DNA from: Felis catus
Taxonomy: Eukaryota
Direction: 5' to 3'
Length of the DNA stretch: 64,000 nucleotides
NCBI RefSeq assembly: GCF_018350175.1
Contig: NC_058369.1
Span: forward strand, 17,362,001 to 17,426,000
Positions 50,255 to 62,770 of the stretch are shown one piece after another. The notes below the pieces were generated by a model that searched no databases, had not been told where the DNA came from, and saw only the letters and a list, made by a program, of their open reading frames with translations. The translations under genes were made by a program, and so were the position numbers. Numbering within the stretch: position 1 is the stretch's first letter; each line of letters opens with the position of its first letter.

Positions 50255-53200
50255 CTACTTATGGAAAATGATCCTGTAAAGGCAATACCGGTGTTGTGTT
50301 GGAAGTGAAAGTACTGGTTTTATCCAGAAAGCCCAGTGTTCATTAAACTAAAGAGACTGCCCAATTTTAACGTTATTTTATTCTAAAAAATATACAAGTA
50401 TAATAAATTCTGTAAGTGTTCTACAGGTTTGCTAAACTGGTTCTACAAGTATTCCAGAATTGATTTTAATGAATTCACGAAAGAACTTCATCCCACACTT
50501 ACAGAATCATTTAAGGTCACTTAATACTCAGTTATGCCTTAAAATGGTTAGTTATGTAATTTATGGACAAAAGGATATGACACAATGTTATTCTCAAATA
50601 TGGATATTCAGGAAGTTCCAAAAATGTACTCTTGTGAATGAGAACTATGTACTTAAAAGAAATTATCTCTCCTTGAATATTTATACTATTCCTTTCCTAT
50701 TTGTACAAAGTTTGAATTTAAAAGGATTTGTTACTGGGGGCAAGAAAAGAAAGCTGGATACGGAAGTTTCTAAGCTTCACGGAAGCACTAGTTTAATCTA
50801 TAGCTTTCAGTGAGTCACCTTACAGGGCTGAGTTCCCTAATCTGTAAAATGAGAGTGGTATGTTAAATGATTCCTGAGGTTGATTATTCCAGAAGCTGTT
50901 AATAATTTAAAATCTTTTTATTTTTTTTTAATGTTTATTTTAGAGAGAGAGAGAGACACAGACAGACAGAGCATGGGTGGAGGGAGGGGTGGAGAGAGAA
51001 GGAGACACAGAATCCAAAGCAGGCTCCAGGCTCTGAGCTGTCGGCACAAAGCCTGATGCGGGGCTCGAACCCACAGTCTGCAAGATCATGACCTGAACCA
51101 AAGTCGGACACTTAACCGACTGGGCTACCTAGGCGCCCCAAGGTGCTAATAATTTAGACTCATCACTTAAGTTAGAAATAAACAAACAAATTGCATATAG
51201 ACCCTCAATGTGCATGTGTGACTTTTATATACCAAGTACTCCCAATTATAACTGGGTTCAGGTTTATTAAAAGGCAAAACTTGGGGCGCCTGGGTGGCGC
51301 AGTCGGTTAAGCATCCGACTTCAGCCAGGTCACGATCTCGCAGTCCGTGAGTTCAAGCCCCGCGTCGGGCTCTGGGCTGATGGCTCAGAGCCTGGAGCCT
51401 GTTTCCGATTCTGTGTCTCCCTCTCTCTCTGCCCCTCCCCCGTTCATGCTCTGTCTCTCTCTGTCGCAAAAATAAATAAAGGTTGAAAAAAAAATAAAAA
51501 ATAAAATAAAATAAAAAATAAAAAAAAATAAAAGGCAAAACTTTTTGGCAAAGGAAGAGACTAAAAACAAACTCATCACTGCACAGGGCCCTGCTTGAGC
51601 AAATCTGACTGGAGCTTAAGAAACTCCACCCAGTTCTGGCTAACATCAAAGGAGACTTACACAACTCTGCCAGAAAATAAGCCCCATATTATTTAACCAG
51701 GCACCAAGACAACACACAGTTTTCAAGCATAGTGCTTTGGACATCTGATCTTTCATTCTGACTACATGCCTGAAGTGAAACTGAAGTGAGAAGAGTTTTG
51801 AAAATAGGTGAACAAAGATAAGAAGAAATGACATGACAAGATGATGAAGCAAAGAAAAGAATTTTGGTCTCTTGACTACACTCTTACTATTAATAGCTAT
51901 GTGCTCATAAAAAGTATATAAGAAGATATGATGAGGTCACAAAGCACCCGCTTCTGTTACATGGGTTTTTTTTTTTTTTAATTTATTTATTTTGAAAGAG
52001 AGAGAGAGAGAGCACGTACAAGTTGGGGGAGGGGTAGAGAGACAGAGAGAGAGAATTCCAAGCAGGCTCCGTGCTGACACAGCACAGAGCCAGACACAGG
52101 GCTTGAACTCATTAACTATGAGATCATGACCTGAGCCAAAATCCAGAATCAAACGCTTAACTGACTGAGCCACCCAGGTGCCCCTTGTATGGTTTACTTT
52201 AGATTACAAATTCTGGAGTTAGCTCCTAAACTGAAAGATATAGGTCTATACAGATTAGTGTTCATATCTAACTTAAATACACAGAAGTATGGCCAACTTT
52301 TTAAGCTCTCAAAATTCCTCTTGAAAATTTCAGGTCAGTCTTACCTATAGTTAGTCACTCCAGACCTGTGCTCATTCTGTCTGATGAGAAATTAGCAATC
52401 CAGTTTGCAAATGGTCTGTTACTGCCTTTGTCCTCCTGTGTCCCCCACCCCTTCCCCACTCCAGACATACCCTGTCTCCCAAAGGTGCTGCTTGGGAGGT
52501 AAAGTGGAGGAAGAAAACTCATGAAAAAGAACAGAAGCCTAATTCCCACCAACATACTGAAACACTTTTCACAACCACTGTCATAATTTCACTTCATTCT
52601 GTCACATTAGCCAAATCTGTACCAAGATTCTTTTGCAGTAGCCAGCATTCTCTTTTTAAAAAGTGTAGAATCCTATTTCACAATTTCAAAAGGGTAAGGG
52701 AACACGCACCCCAGAAGGTCTATAATTCCACCTTAGTGTGAATAGTGTAAATTTGGTTCTTAGGAAGTAGCTTTCCTCTTTTTTTAAATTTTTTTAATGT
52801 TTGTTTATTCTTGAGAGAGAGGGCAAGGGAAGGGCAGAGAGAGAGGGAGACACATAATCTGAAGCAGGCTCCAGGGTCTGAGCCTGACGCGGGCTCGAAC
52901 TCACAAACGGCGAGATCATGACCTCAGCCGATGTCAGACGCTTAGACTGAGCCACCCAGGCACCCCTCCTATTTTTTTTTTTTAAGTTTACTTATTTATT
53001 TTGATAGAGACAGAGACAGCGCAAGCAGAGGATGAGCAGAGAGAGAGGGAGAGAGAATCCCAAGGAGGCTCTGCACTGCCTGCTGCAGAGATCCGCATGG
53101 GGCTTGAACTCATAAACCGTGAGATCACGACCTGAGTCAAAACTAAGAGTTGGATACTTACCTGACTGAACCATCCAGGAGCCCCTGAAGTAATTTCCTC

Positions 53201-54160
53201 TTAATCCCAGAGATCAATTCCATGGAAAGTGAGTTTTTGGTTTCAGTGTGAAAAGGGAGAATAATAATTTAGCAACACAGAATATTTCAGGGAACAAAAT
53301 AGGTCTGTATAAGGTATCAAAGTAGGGAAAGGGTATGTGGGCCCCAAGGCCCTAGGAGGTACAAGAAAGAGAGGTAATACAATGTCAAAGGCAAGCTTGA
53401 CATCTTTTAAAATATTAGCTCCTGTCAGTTTTAGAAGAAAGGAAGAAGCTTTCTTCAGTCACCTGGACTAGTTGGGAAACAAAATTATCATTTATAACAT
53501 TGTTTACCTTTTTTTTTAAACATTTTTTAATGTTTTTTTATTTATTATCAAGAGATGGAGAGAGAGCATGAGTAGGGGAGGGGCAGAGAGAGGGGGAGAC
53601 ACAGAATCCGAAGCAGGCTCCAGGCTCTGAGCTGTCAGCACAGAGCCTGACGTGGGGCTCAAACGCACAAACTGCAAGATCATGGCGTGAGCCGAAGTCA
53701 GACGCTTAACCGACTGAGCCACCCAGGCACCCCTACCTTTTAAAATTTTTTAAGTAATCTCTACACCCAACTTGGGGCTTGAACTCACAATCTCGAGATT
53801 AAAGTCATATGCTCCACCAACTGAATGAATCAAAAGCCCTATGCTCCAGCCAGGCGCCCCTAACATTGTTTATCTAAAGGAAATGCTTCTGAGTTCCAAA
53901 TAACCAACTTAATAAATGAACATTTAATAATAATTCTTGGGGTGCCTTGGTGGCTCAGTCAGTTAAGCATCTGACTTCAGCTCAGGTCATGATCTTGCAG
54001 TTCATGAGTTCAAGCCCCGTGTTGGGCTCTGTGCTGACAGCTCAGAGCCTGGAGCCTGCTTTGGATTCTGTGTCTCCCTCTCTCTCTGCCCCTCCACTGC
54101 TCATGTTTCTGTCTCTCTCCCTCTCTCAAAAATAAACATTAAATTAAAAATAATAATAAT
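48421..54160. mobile_element. CanSINE-rich stretch of intron 1 (+48421-48660, -49075-49289, -50915-51139, +51283-51530 young, -51966-52184, -52778-52966, -52972-53186, -53508-53733, -53745-53860, +53939-54160)
   Basis: Consensus heads, tails and TSDs, e.g. aaaaagtctaactt and taaaaggcaaaactt. Confidence 0.88.
50209..50252. repeat. (CA)n microsatellite
   Basis: About 22 units. Confidence 0.95.
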
Positions 54161-56644
54161 AGCTCTTGAAGGCAGAAGACCGCTCATAACGCTCACTTAA
54201 ATTTTCTCCATGATTGATATTGTCAGTTTTGGGGGGCAGTGGCGGTAGAGGGGTGAATTATGGACAAGACATACAACTAAAAAGACATGTGGACTAATAT
54301 TTTCTTCTATACTTTTTTTAATTTTTTTGGCAAGACTGATTTAAATGACAGAGAATTCTGAGGCCAAAACTAAGCTGCTATCCCAGGACATTAGTGAGAG
54401 TGCTGTGACCAAAATGCAATGCTTGTTCCTCAGGTTTGGAAGAAACCCAGTGACCCAGCCAGTTCCAGAGACCCACTTATAACCTGACATGGCTGGTGGT
54501 ATAGCGTGTACCATAAAGATTTCATATTCAACATGAGATTTTTTTTAGTTTGTCTAGCAAGCTTTCAGTTACTACATGGGGACTTTACTTCTCAGATTGG
54601 TTTTAATGAAGTTTTCAGAGGCCTGTTACATATCAAGCTGAACCTTATTTGTCTGATGTCTGTGTTCTGCTTGTAATTAACTAGAAAAGTAGTTTGATTT
54701 GTACTTTCAATCAAAATGGTATTTCATTCAGAGTAAAACCAACGACCTGTATGGGAATCAGCTACCATCTTACACAGCTCATAGACACATGGGATCCCCA
54801 AAGCTAACCTGAATTTCTCCTGCTCCTCCCCAGATCCAGACTGGCAAATGGCAACACACAACTCAGCCACAACTTGACTATCCTAGCAATAAACTCCAAC
54901 CCCCCTGTTGAATATATTAAGTTTCTACCCCCAGGTACCTCCCTAAACACTTCAAGGACAACAGCTGTACTATTATGAACTGATGGTATTTGCAGCCTCC
55001 GCAGGGTTCTGTTCAGAACCACCATTTGTCCTGTTCATCATAGGATTAGCGACAGAAGAAAGCCCTTGATTACTAGAATAGCAGAAGCTATTGCCCAGTG
55101 ACATTCCTATATGAAAGAGCACATGGATTTTACTTCCATGCAGTCCCAAAAAACAAAGAGCTCCTTTTCCCACTGCTTTTTTAGGGAGCCCTAACCTCTA
55201 AATATAAAAACACTGCATACATATGCACACACATATTCAAATACATAAAACCTTGCAGCACAAGGCTGAAAGCCCAGCTTGCTTACTTACGGGAACTATC
55301 CAGGCAGCTTGTGCTCAGTCCTGACCAAATGTATTTTGAACCTCTAAACAGGCACCTGTCTGCCACATTTATGTCCAAGTGAATTTAAACCTATTTCCCC
55401 AAGAAGAATAATCTACACTAGATACCTCCCACTGTGAGCCATGTGATACAGACAGCATGATGTGTGCTGAAGTCTGGTTATGTGCGCCAAAACAAGAGAC
55501 GACAATGACACAGCACTTACATTTCTGCTAGAACCATCCTTCAGAGTGACTCTTCAGTTTTATCTCAATTAAAAACAAAAAAAAGTGAATCTTAGGATGA
55601 TTCTCAATACCTGATCCTTCCAAATTTGGAAAAAAAAATAGTATTTTTTAAAACGTTACTCTCCATCCCACTTATTCCTCCTCAGTCTAAGACCAAAAAC
55701 TATTCAGAGTTTGCCTACACCTATCCAAAAATTATTCCTAAACATTTAAGACTTTTATAAAAACACCAGGTCAAATAATCCAGGATCCAATTCCCTCATT
55801 TTAACAACTGACAAAAAAAGAACCAGAAAAAACAAGTCACTTATAAATGAAGCTGGACTGAGGATCAGACTAAGGCGAGAGTCAGCAAACACCAGAAGCA
55901 CAAGAAGCATATGATATAATGGACAAAATATTGGAATTTTATGGTTTCTGCTTTTATCTGACACAATGACATCACTATCCTTCAAAATCTTTTTTTTTTT
56001 TTTTTTTTTTTTGCTGTACCTTTTCTTCTTAAAGTATGAAAGCAAAATTAGGAAGAGTCCTAAACATCAGGAAAAAAAAAAATCTCAGCTGACTTAAAAG
56101 GACCCCAATCCCTATTAAGAAAAAAAAGCCCCCAAACTCCTTAGTGTAACATCAAGGTCACATAATCCTACAGGACCCAGCCCTATGACCTACCACAAAT
56201 GACAGCAGTTTTCCATGTAGGGTCTCCCTATATTTTAGTCCCACGGGACCAGCTGCCATTTTTATAGGCATATCATTGACATTATCACCAATACTCTTGC
56301 TCATCTTGCTCTTCATACTTCAAAGTCTTGAAATCAAGGTCCACATCAACTATCACCTTTCCTGTTTCTTTTTCAAATCTGTTCTCCCAGTGCCATTGAG
56401 AACTAACACATCATCTGTACTTCTATTGTAACAGTACAGTCTGATTTGTACTGCAGTTCATTTATATACTAGTGGCTCCTATAATTGCTAGATCCCAAAG
56501 AGGAAGGACCATGTCTAAGCAATGTATATACCCTCCCCTAGCAGATTACTTTACATAGAAGATGGGCCAAAACAACAAAAAACAACAAAACAAAGGGGCT
56601 AGCTAAACAGAATTCTAAAATGGTATGATTGATCTAAGTTAATA

Positions 56645-57975
56645 TTTTAAAAAATTTTAAATATTTTTATTAATTTTTGAGAGAGAGAGGAAGAGCACTA
56701 GCGGGAGAGGGCCAGAAAGGAGACACAGGATCTGCAGCAGGCTCCACACAGTGAGCACAGAGTCTGACGCTGGGCTTGAACTCACGAACTGTGAGATCAT
56801 GACCTGCGCCAAAACTAAAAGTCAGCCGCTTAACTGAATGAGCCACCCAGATGCCCCTAAAACGGTATGATTGAAGTTAATAAAAAGCATGTCTAATTTG
56901 AAATTACTCAGGTGCTGGGGCTCCTGGGTGGCTCAGTCAGTTAAGCCTCTGACTTCGGCCCCAGTCATGATCTCACAGTTCATGAGTTCAAGCCCCGCAC
57001 TGGGCTCTCTGCTGTCAGTGCAGAGCATGCTTGGGATTCTCTCTCCCCGCTCCCTATCCCTCCCTGCCCACCCTCTCTCTCTCTCTCTCAAATTAAAAAA
57101 AAAAAAAATCAGGTGTTAAAACTACAAAAACTCTTCAGAACTGAAAAAAAGAATAAATATACTCAAGGTTGAAGGCTTATCATTAATTAAGAATATTCAC
57201 CTAATTTCTTCCACTTTCCAAGCATAGCTTATGCCAGAGCAATCATGTTGTCTGCAATCATGGAAAGAAAGCCAACAAGGAGTAACTATACGAGCCAGCT
57301 CTCTATGCTGGTCATCTTATCATTATTAGGCAGGGCAATAAAAATAGCCCTCTGCTTTTAGAAAAGCACAACAACATGATGCAATATGTCAGAAACAAAC
57401 AGCATTTTGCTGAAGAGATGAGCTACCACCATCATGTTAACATCATTGTATAAATATTAAAAGTTTTCTAATTTTTAAAAAGTTAAATCTCCATAGTATC
57501 AGCTCACACATCTCTGTGTAGTAGTAGTAAATATACCATGTAATTTCAAGATTACTTAGTTTTGGGGAAATTGGGTGAAAGCAAAAAGTATTCACACTTG
57601 ATCAGCTCTTAGCTTTTGAGATCTATTTAAGAAAAACCTCTCCATCAAGCCAAGTGAAGTTTCTCTCCTAAGTTCAGAGGCACAATATGCCAAATTTTAT
57701 TATCTAAGATGTCAGTGAAAGTGAAGTAAAATCAAAGGCTGAACTAAGAGGAGATGGGGATTTGTGCTGATAATTCCATAATTATTTATTATAGACACAC
57801 AATGTGTGTCTCCTCCAGAGTCCCACTGGGCTGAGTTCCTAAGGGTTCCCTGCTGGCTCAGTCAGAAGCACACACAACTCTCAACCACAGGGTTGTGATT
57901 TCAAGTTCCACCTTGGGCAGAGGGCTCATTTTTTAAAAAGGGAAAATAAATGGGTTTAACAGAACTTAAAAAAAT
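56645..57975. mobile_element. CanSINEs (-56645-56858, +56917-57108, old +57842-57975)
   Basis: Consensus matches; TSD-like ctaaaatggtatgattga / ctaaaacggtatgattga. Confidence 0.8.
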
Positions 57976-58694
57976 AAAACGCACGGTGGACTCTGAGTTC
58001 CTAGATGGTAAGGACATCTTTTTCACCTTTTATCCTGGGCATCTAATACAATAAAGTGACACCTGGTAGGATCTCAAATGTATATTCATCCTGCTGAATG
58101 TGCTCTATTCCATATCATGACACAGCCTTCTCTTGCCAGGGCTGACATCTGCCCAGCTGGAGGGAGTCTCCTGGCTCTTCCTTGTCGGTCCTCAGCACAG
58201 AATCAGAATTGGGGTGCATTGGCCCAGCTCTTCTGAGCAGGAAAGAAGAAGGCATAAACTATAGGAATACTCAGCAGGCATTTTGTAGAAAGACCTTAGT
58301 GGTAGTAAATGCCTTGCCTTTAACATAAAAGTGCCTTATAAATGCTTTCAAATGGGGGGGAGGAGAGTACTAAAAGAAAAAAAAGTCTAGAAGTAAAAAC
58401 AATTTTAAGTGAAAACTGAACAAGCAAGGTGAAAAGTCAAAGGAATCTTTCAAACTATTATTAACTTTTAGCATTTTACCTGAAATGGAAGTAAAGATCA
58501 GAGTTAAAAGTAAAATGCCACTGAATCAGAATCATTCAGAAACAGAGCTGGGCAATTTCAGTTTTTAAGCGATGATTCTGAAGGGCACCCACAATTGAGA
58601 GCTACTAATCAACAATCCACTTACTACATTAAAGACAGAATTTGTAAAACTTAACACTAGAAAGAGATCAAGTTCTCCGTTGTTGGGAAGGTAG

Positions 58695-59040
58695 GTGCTT
58701 TAGATTATGTTTATTAGAAGTAAAGTCTGACAGGGATTCTTATACAAGTTAATATTGAGGGAGTGCCTTCAGGAGAAACCTGTAAGGGAGAGAAAGGAAG
58801 CAAAATTCTGGTTTCAGCTGAAGTCTAGCCGATGCCTCCTGACTGGGAAGCTATGAAACACAATCGCACCAGTCAGTCCCACCATGAGGTAAGGGAGCCA
58901 CGTTTTTGTAACCTTCATCAGGCAGTCACTGGCTAAGAACCATGTGAAGAGGAGGGACATAACTTCCTAGGCATCTCTGGGGAAGGTGGCTCCTATATGG
59001 TATAGCCCTTGCTAACACTCACAACAGCTGGGGATTGGGC
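58695..59040 (-). mobile_element. ERVL-class LTR fragment (LTR33-like)
   Basis: ttagattatgtttattagaag...tattgagggagtgcc...caggagaaacctgtaagggag resembles an antisense LTR end. Confidence 0.45.
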
Positions 59041-59079
59041 CGTATGTGTGTGAGAGACAGACTCTAAGCAAAAGGCCAT

Positions 59080-59567
59080 TAGTAGAAATTAAATGACAAG
59101 TTTAATTCACTAAGATTTACCAATATTAAATATTAAGCTTGTATGTACCTACCAACATAGCTATTTAAAAAACAGGTGTGCCTGGGTGGCTCAGTCAGTT
59201 GAGTGCCCAACTTCAGCTCAGGTGATGATCTCATGGTTCGTGGGTTTGAGCCCTACATTGGGCTTTGCATTGACAGCTTAGAGCCTGGAGCCTGCTTTGG
59301 ATTCTGTGTCTCCCTCTCTCTCTCTGCCCCTCCCCCATTAACACTGTGTGTGTGTGTGTGTGTGTGTCTCAAAAATATTTTTAAAAATTTTTAAAATAAA
59401 ATAAAAGACATAAAACTTCACCCAAAGAAAACAAAAATACCAATTCAAAAAGGTATATGCAACCCTATGTTTACTGTAGCATTATTTGCAACAGCCAAGA
59501 CAGGGAAGCAACGCAAGTGTCCATCAACAGACAAATGGATAAAGAAGATGTGATACACAGACACACA

Positions 59568-59608
<41 letters not shown>

Positions 59609-61789
59609 TAATATTACTCAGCCATAAAAAAGGATGAGCTCTTGCCATTTGCAACAACATGGATGTACCTAGAGGGTATTATGCTAAGTGAAATAAGTCA
59701 GACAAAGACAAATACCATACGATTTCACTTACATGTGGAATCTAAAAAACAAAAGAAAAAGCAGAAAAGAGACCTATAAATACAGAGAACAAACTGGATT
59801 GCCAGAGGGAAGTGGGATGGAGGTAGGTAAAATGGGTGAATGGGAGTGGGTGATACAGGCTTCCAGATAGGAAATGAACAAGTCACAGGAATAAAAGACA
59901 CAGCATAGGGAATACAGTCAATGATGTTGTAATAGCACTGTATGGTGACAGAGGGTAACTATACTTGTGAGCACAGTATGACATGAAACTAAGTTGTACA
60001 GCCAAAACTAATGTGACACTGTGCATCAACTATACTTCAATAAAAATAAAACAAAAAATAAAAATAACCTTAATGAGGAGAAAGAGAGGAGTCCTCCTTC
60101 ACAGGGGGATACTGTAATACACCTCTTTCTTTCAGTAACTGACACATCATGTAGACAAAAATCAGTTAGTATATACAAGCTCTGAACAACTCAACCTACA
60201 AGTTTCAGCTAATGGACTAGAGAGTACACTGGGAAGACACTTTTCTAGCACACATGGAACAGTTCATTTTTTTTAATAAATGTGTACTAGGGGCTCCCGG
60301 GTGACTTGGTCAGTTAAGCATCCAACTCTTGATTTCTGCTCAGGTCATGATCTCAGGGTCATGAGACTGATCCCCAAGTAGGGCTCCACATTGAGCTTAA
60401 GATTCTCTCCCTCTGGGGCACCTGGGTGGCGCAGTCGGTTAAGCGTCCGACTTCAGCCAGGTCACGATCTCGCGGTCCGTGAGTTCGAGCCCCGCGTCGG
60501 GCTCTGGGCTGATGGCTCGGAGCCTGGAGCCTGTTTCCGATTCTGTGTCTCCCTCTCTCTCTGCCCCTCCCCTGTTCATGCTCTGTCTCTCTCTGTCCCA
60601 AAAATAAATAAAAACGTTGAAAAAAATTAAAAAAAAAAAAAAGAATTGGAACAAAAAAGTGTTAACAGGTAGTAAAAAAAAAAAAAAAAAAAAAAAAGAT
60701 TCTCTCCCTCTCTCTCCACCCCTCTCCCGCACACACACTCACATGTATTCTCTCTCAAAAAAAAAAAAGAGAGAGAGAAAATAAATGTATACTAAGACGT
60801 AAAATGAATCTCAAATCTTAAAAATCATTATTGTAAGAGAACAAACTGATGGTTACCAAAGGGGGGGGGGGATGGGTGAAAACAGGTGATGGGGATCAAG
60901 GAGTGCACTTATGATGAGCATCAGGTGTTGCATGGAAGTGTTGAATCTCTATATAGTACACCTGAAACTAATATTACACTGTATGTTAAATAAAAAGCTT
61001 TTAAAAAATCATTATTGTACAATATACATTTAAGAAACATCATAAATAAGTTAGAAATAAAAACCTGATTTTTTCAAAAATTTGAAAATTTTAAAACTCA
61101 CTACAAATAATCCATGAGTTAAAATCATAATAGACATGAAAAAATACTCAGAAATGAATAATAACAAAAATATTACATTCCAAAATTTGTGGAATATACT
61201 TAAAAAGAGAATCTGAGGAAGTCTCCAGCCTTAAGTGCTTGTAATAGAAAAGAAGGATATAAATAAATTAGTTAAAATCCATCTTAAGAGTTAGGTAAAA
61301 ATAAATTTGAAGAAAACCAAAGGAAGGAAATAAAATCCTAAATGAGAATAAGGCACAAAGAAAGAAAAGAGAAGATCAATAAAGCAAAAGTTCTCTCTGA
61401 GGAGTAACAAAGTTAACAAACCTTTGGTAAGACTGACCCAAACAGCAGAGAAGGCATAAGTGAACAATTTTAGGAAGGAAAAATTGTAACGCTACAAATG
61501 CAGCAGAGGAAAAAAGAGATTTTAAACAACTATGCCAACAAATATGAAAATCAGATGAAAAAGACCATTCTAGGGCACCTGGCTCGTTCAGTTGGAAGAA
61601 CATGGGACTCTTGATGTTGGGGTGGTGAGTTCAAAGCCCCACGTTGGGTGTAGAGATTACTAAAAAAAAATAAACTTAAAAAAAAAAATTCCTGAAAGAG
61701 CATACAATAACTGAATCAAAATACAATAATAAATTAAAAATCTAAATAGTCCCAAATCAATTAAATTGAAACAATATTTTTAAGTCTCC

Positions 61790-61838
<49 letters not shown>

Positions 61839-62450
61839 CAAAGATTTTATAGGAGTTCTACTGAGTATTCAAGGTGAAGATAACTCGAACACAAACTTTA
61901 GAAAATAGAAGAATTCTCAGGGCGCCTGGATGGCTCAGTCATTTGAACATACAACTTCGGCTCAGGTCATGATCTCACGTTTGTGAGTTTGAGTTCGGCA
62001 TCAGGCTCTCTGCTGTCCGCGAAGAACCCTGCTTTGGATCTTCTGTCCCCCTCTCTCTGCCCCTCCCTGTTGCACTCTCTCAAAAACAAATAAGCCTTTG
62101 GGGCACCTGGGTGGCTCAGTCGGTTAAGTGTCCGACTTCAGCTCAGGTCATGATCTCGCGGTCCTTGAGTTCGGTCCTTGAGTTCAAGCCCTGCGTCAGG
62201 CTCTGTGCTGACAGCTCAGAGCCTGGAGCCTGCTTCGGATTCTGTGTCTCCCTCTCTCTCTGCCCCTCCCCGTTCATGCTCTGTCTCTCTCTGTCTCAAA
62301 AATAAATAAACGTTAAAAAAAATTAAATAAAAATAAATAAACCTACAAAAGAAGAAGAAGAAGAAGAAGAAGAAGAAGAAGAAGAAGAAGAAGAAGAAGA
62401 AGAAGAAGAAGAATTCTCACCAAATCATTTTATGAGGCTAACAGAAGTAA
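59080..62450 (+). mobile_element. Old L1 ORF2 remnant interrupted by L1 3' fragments (59410-60065, 60836-61003) and SINEs (59175-59400, 60290-60780 nested pair, 61572-61688, 61920-62340 nested pair)
   Basis: The 60836-61003 piece has 16-bp TSD aaaaatcattattgta; L1 3' UTR and EN-like text is recognisable. Confidence 0.78.
62351..62413. repeat. (GAA)21 triplet repeat in a SINE tail
   Basis: 63 nt of pure GAA. Confidence 0.95.
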
Positions 62451-62770
62451 TCTGTAGTGATTAGAGGCCCATATTCCAACCTGACTGCCAGAGGTTCAAA
62501 GTTGGGTTCTACCACTTAGTATCTTTGTGGCCTTGAGCAAGTTTCTTCACCCTTTTGCTTCAGTTTCCCCAAATGTAAACTGGGTGTTCAACAGTATTAT
62601 CTACTTTCTGTATCTGTTAATATATAAAATAGTTCCTGGAATAGTGTGTGTGTTTTATGTATTTGCTATTGATTATATGATTATTGATAATATACATCTA
62701 CTACCAAACCCAGACAAGAAGAATACAATAATGGGAAATTATAAACAAAAATAAACTTACGAACTTAGAT

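Noticed and set aside
1496..62305. Many 60-120 aa ORFs such as MAQSVKRPTSAQVMIS... or ...EFEPRVRLWADGSEPGAC
   Set aside because: They are translations of CanSINE copies, not a gene family.
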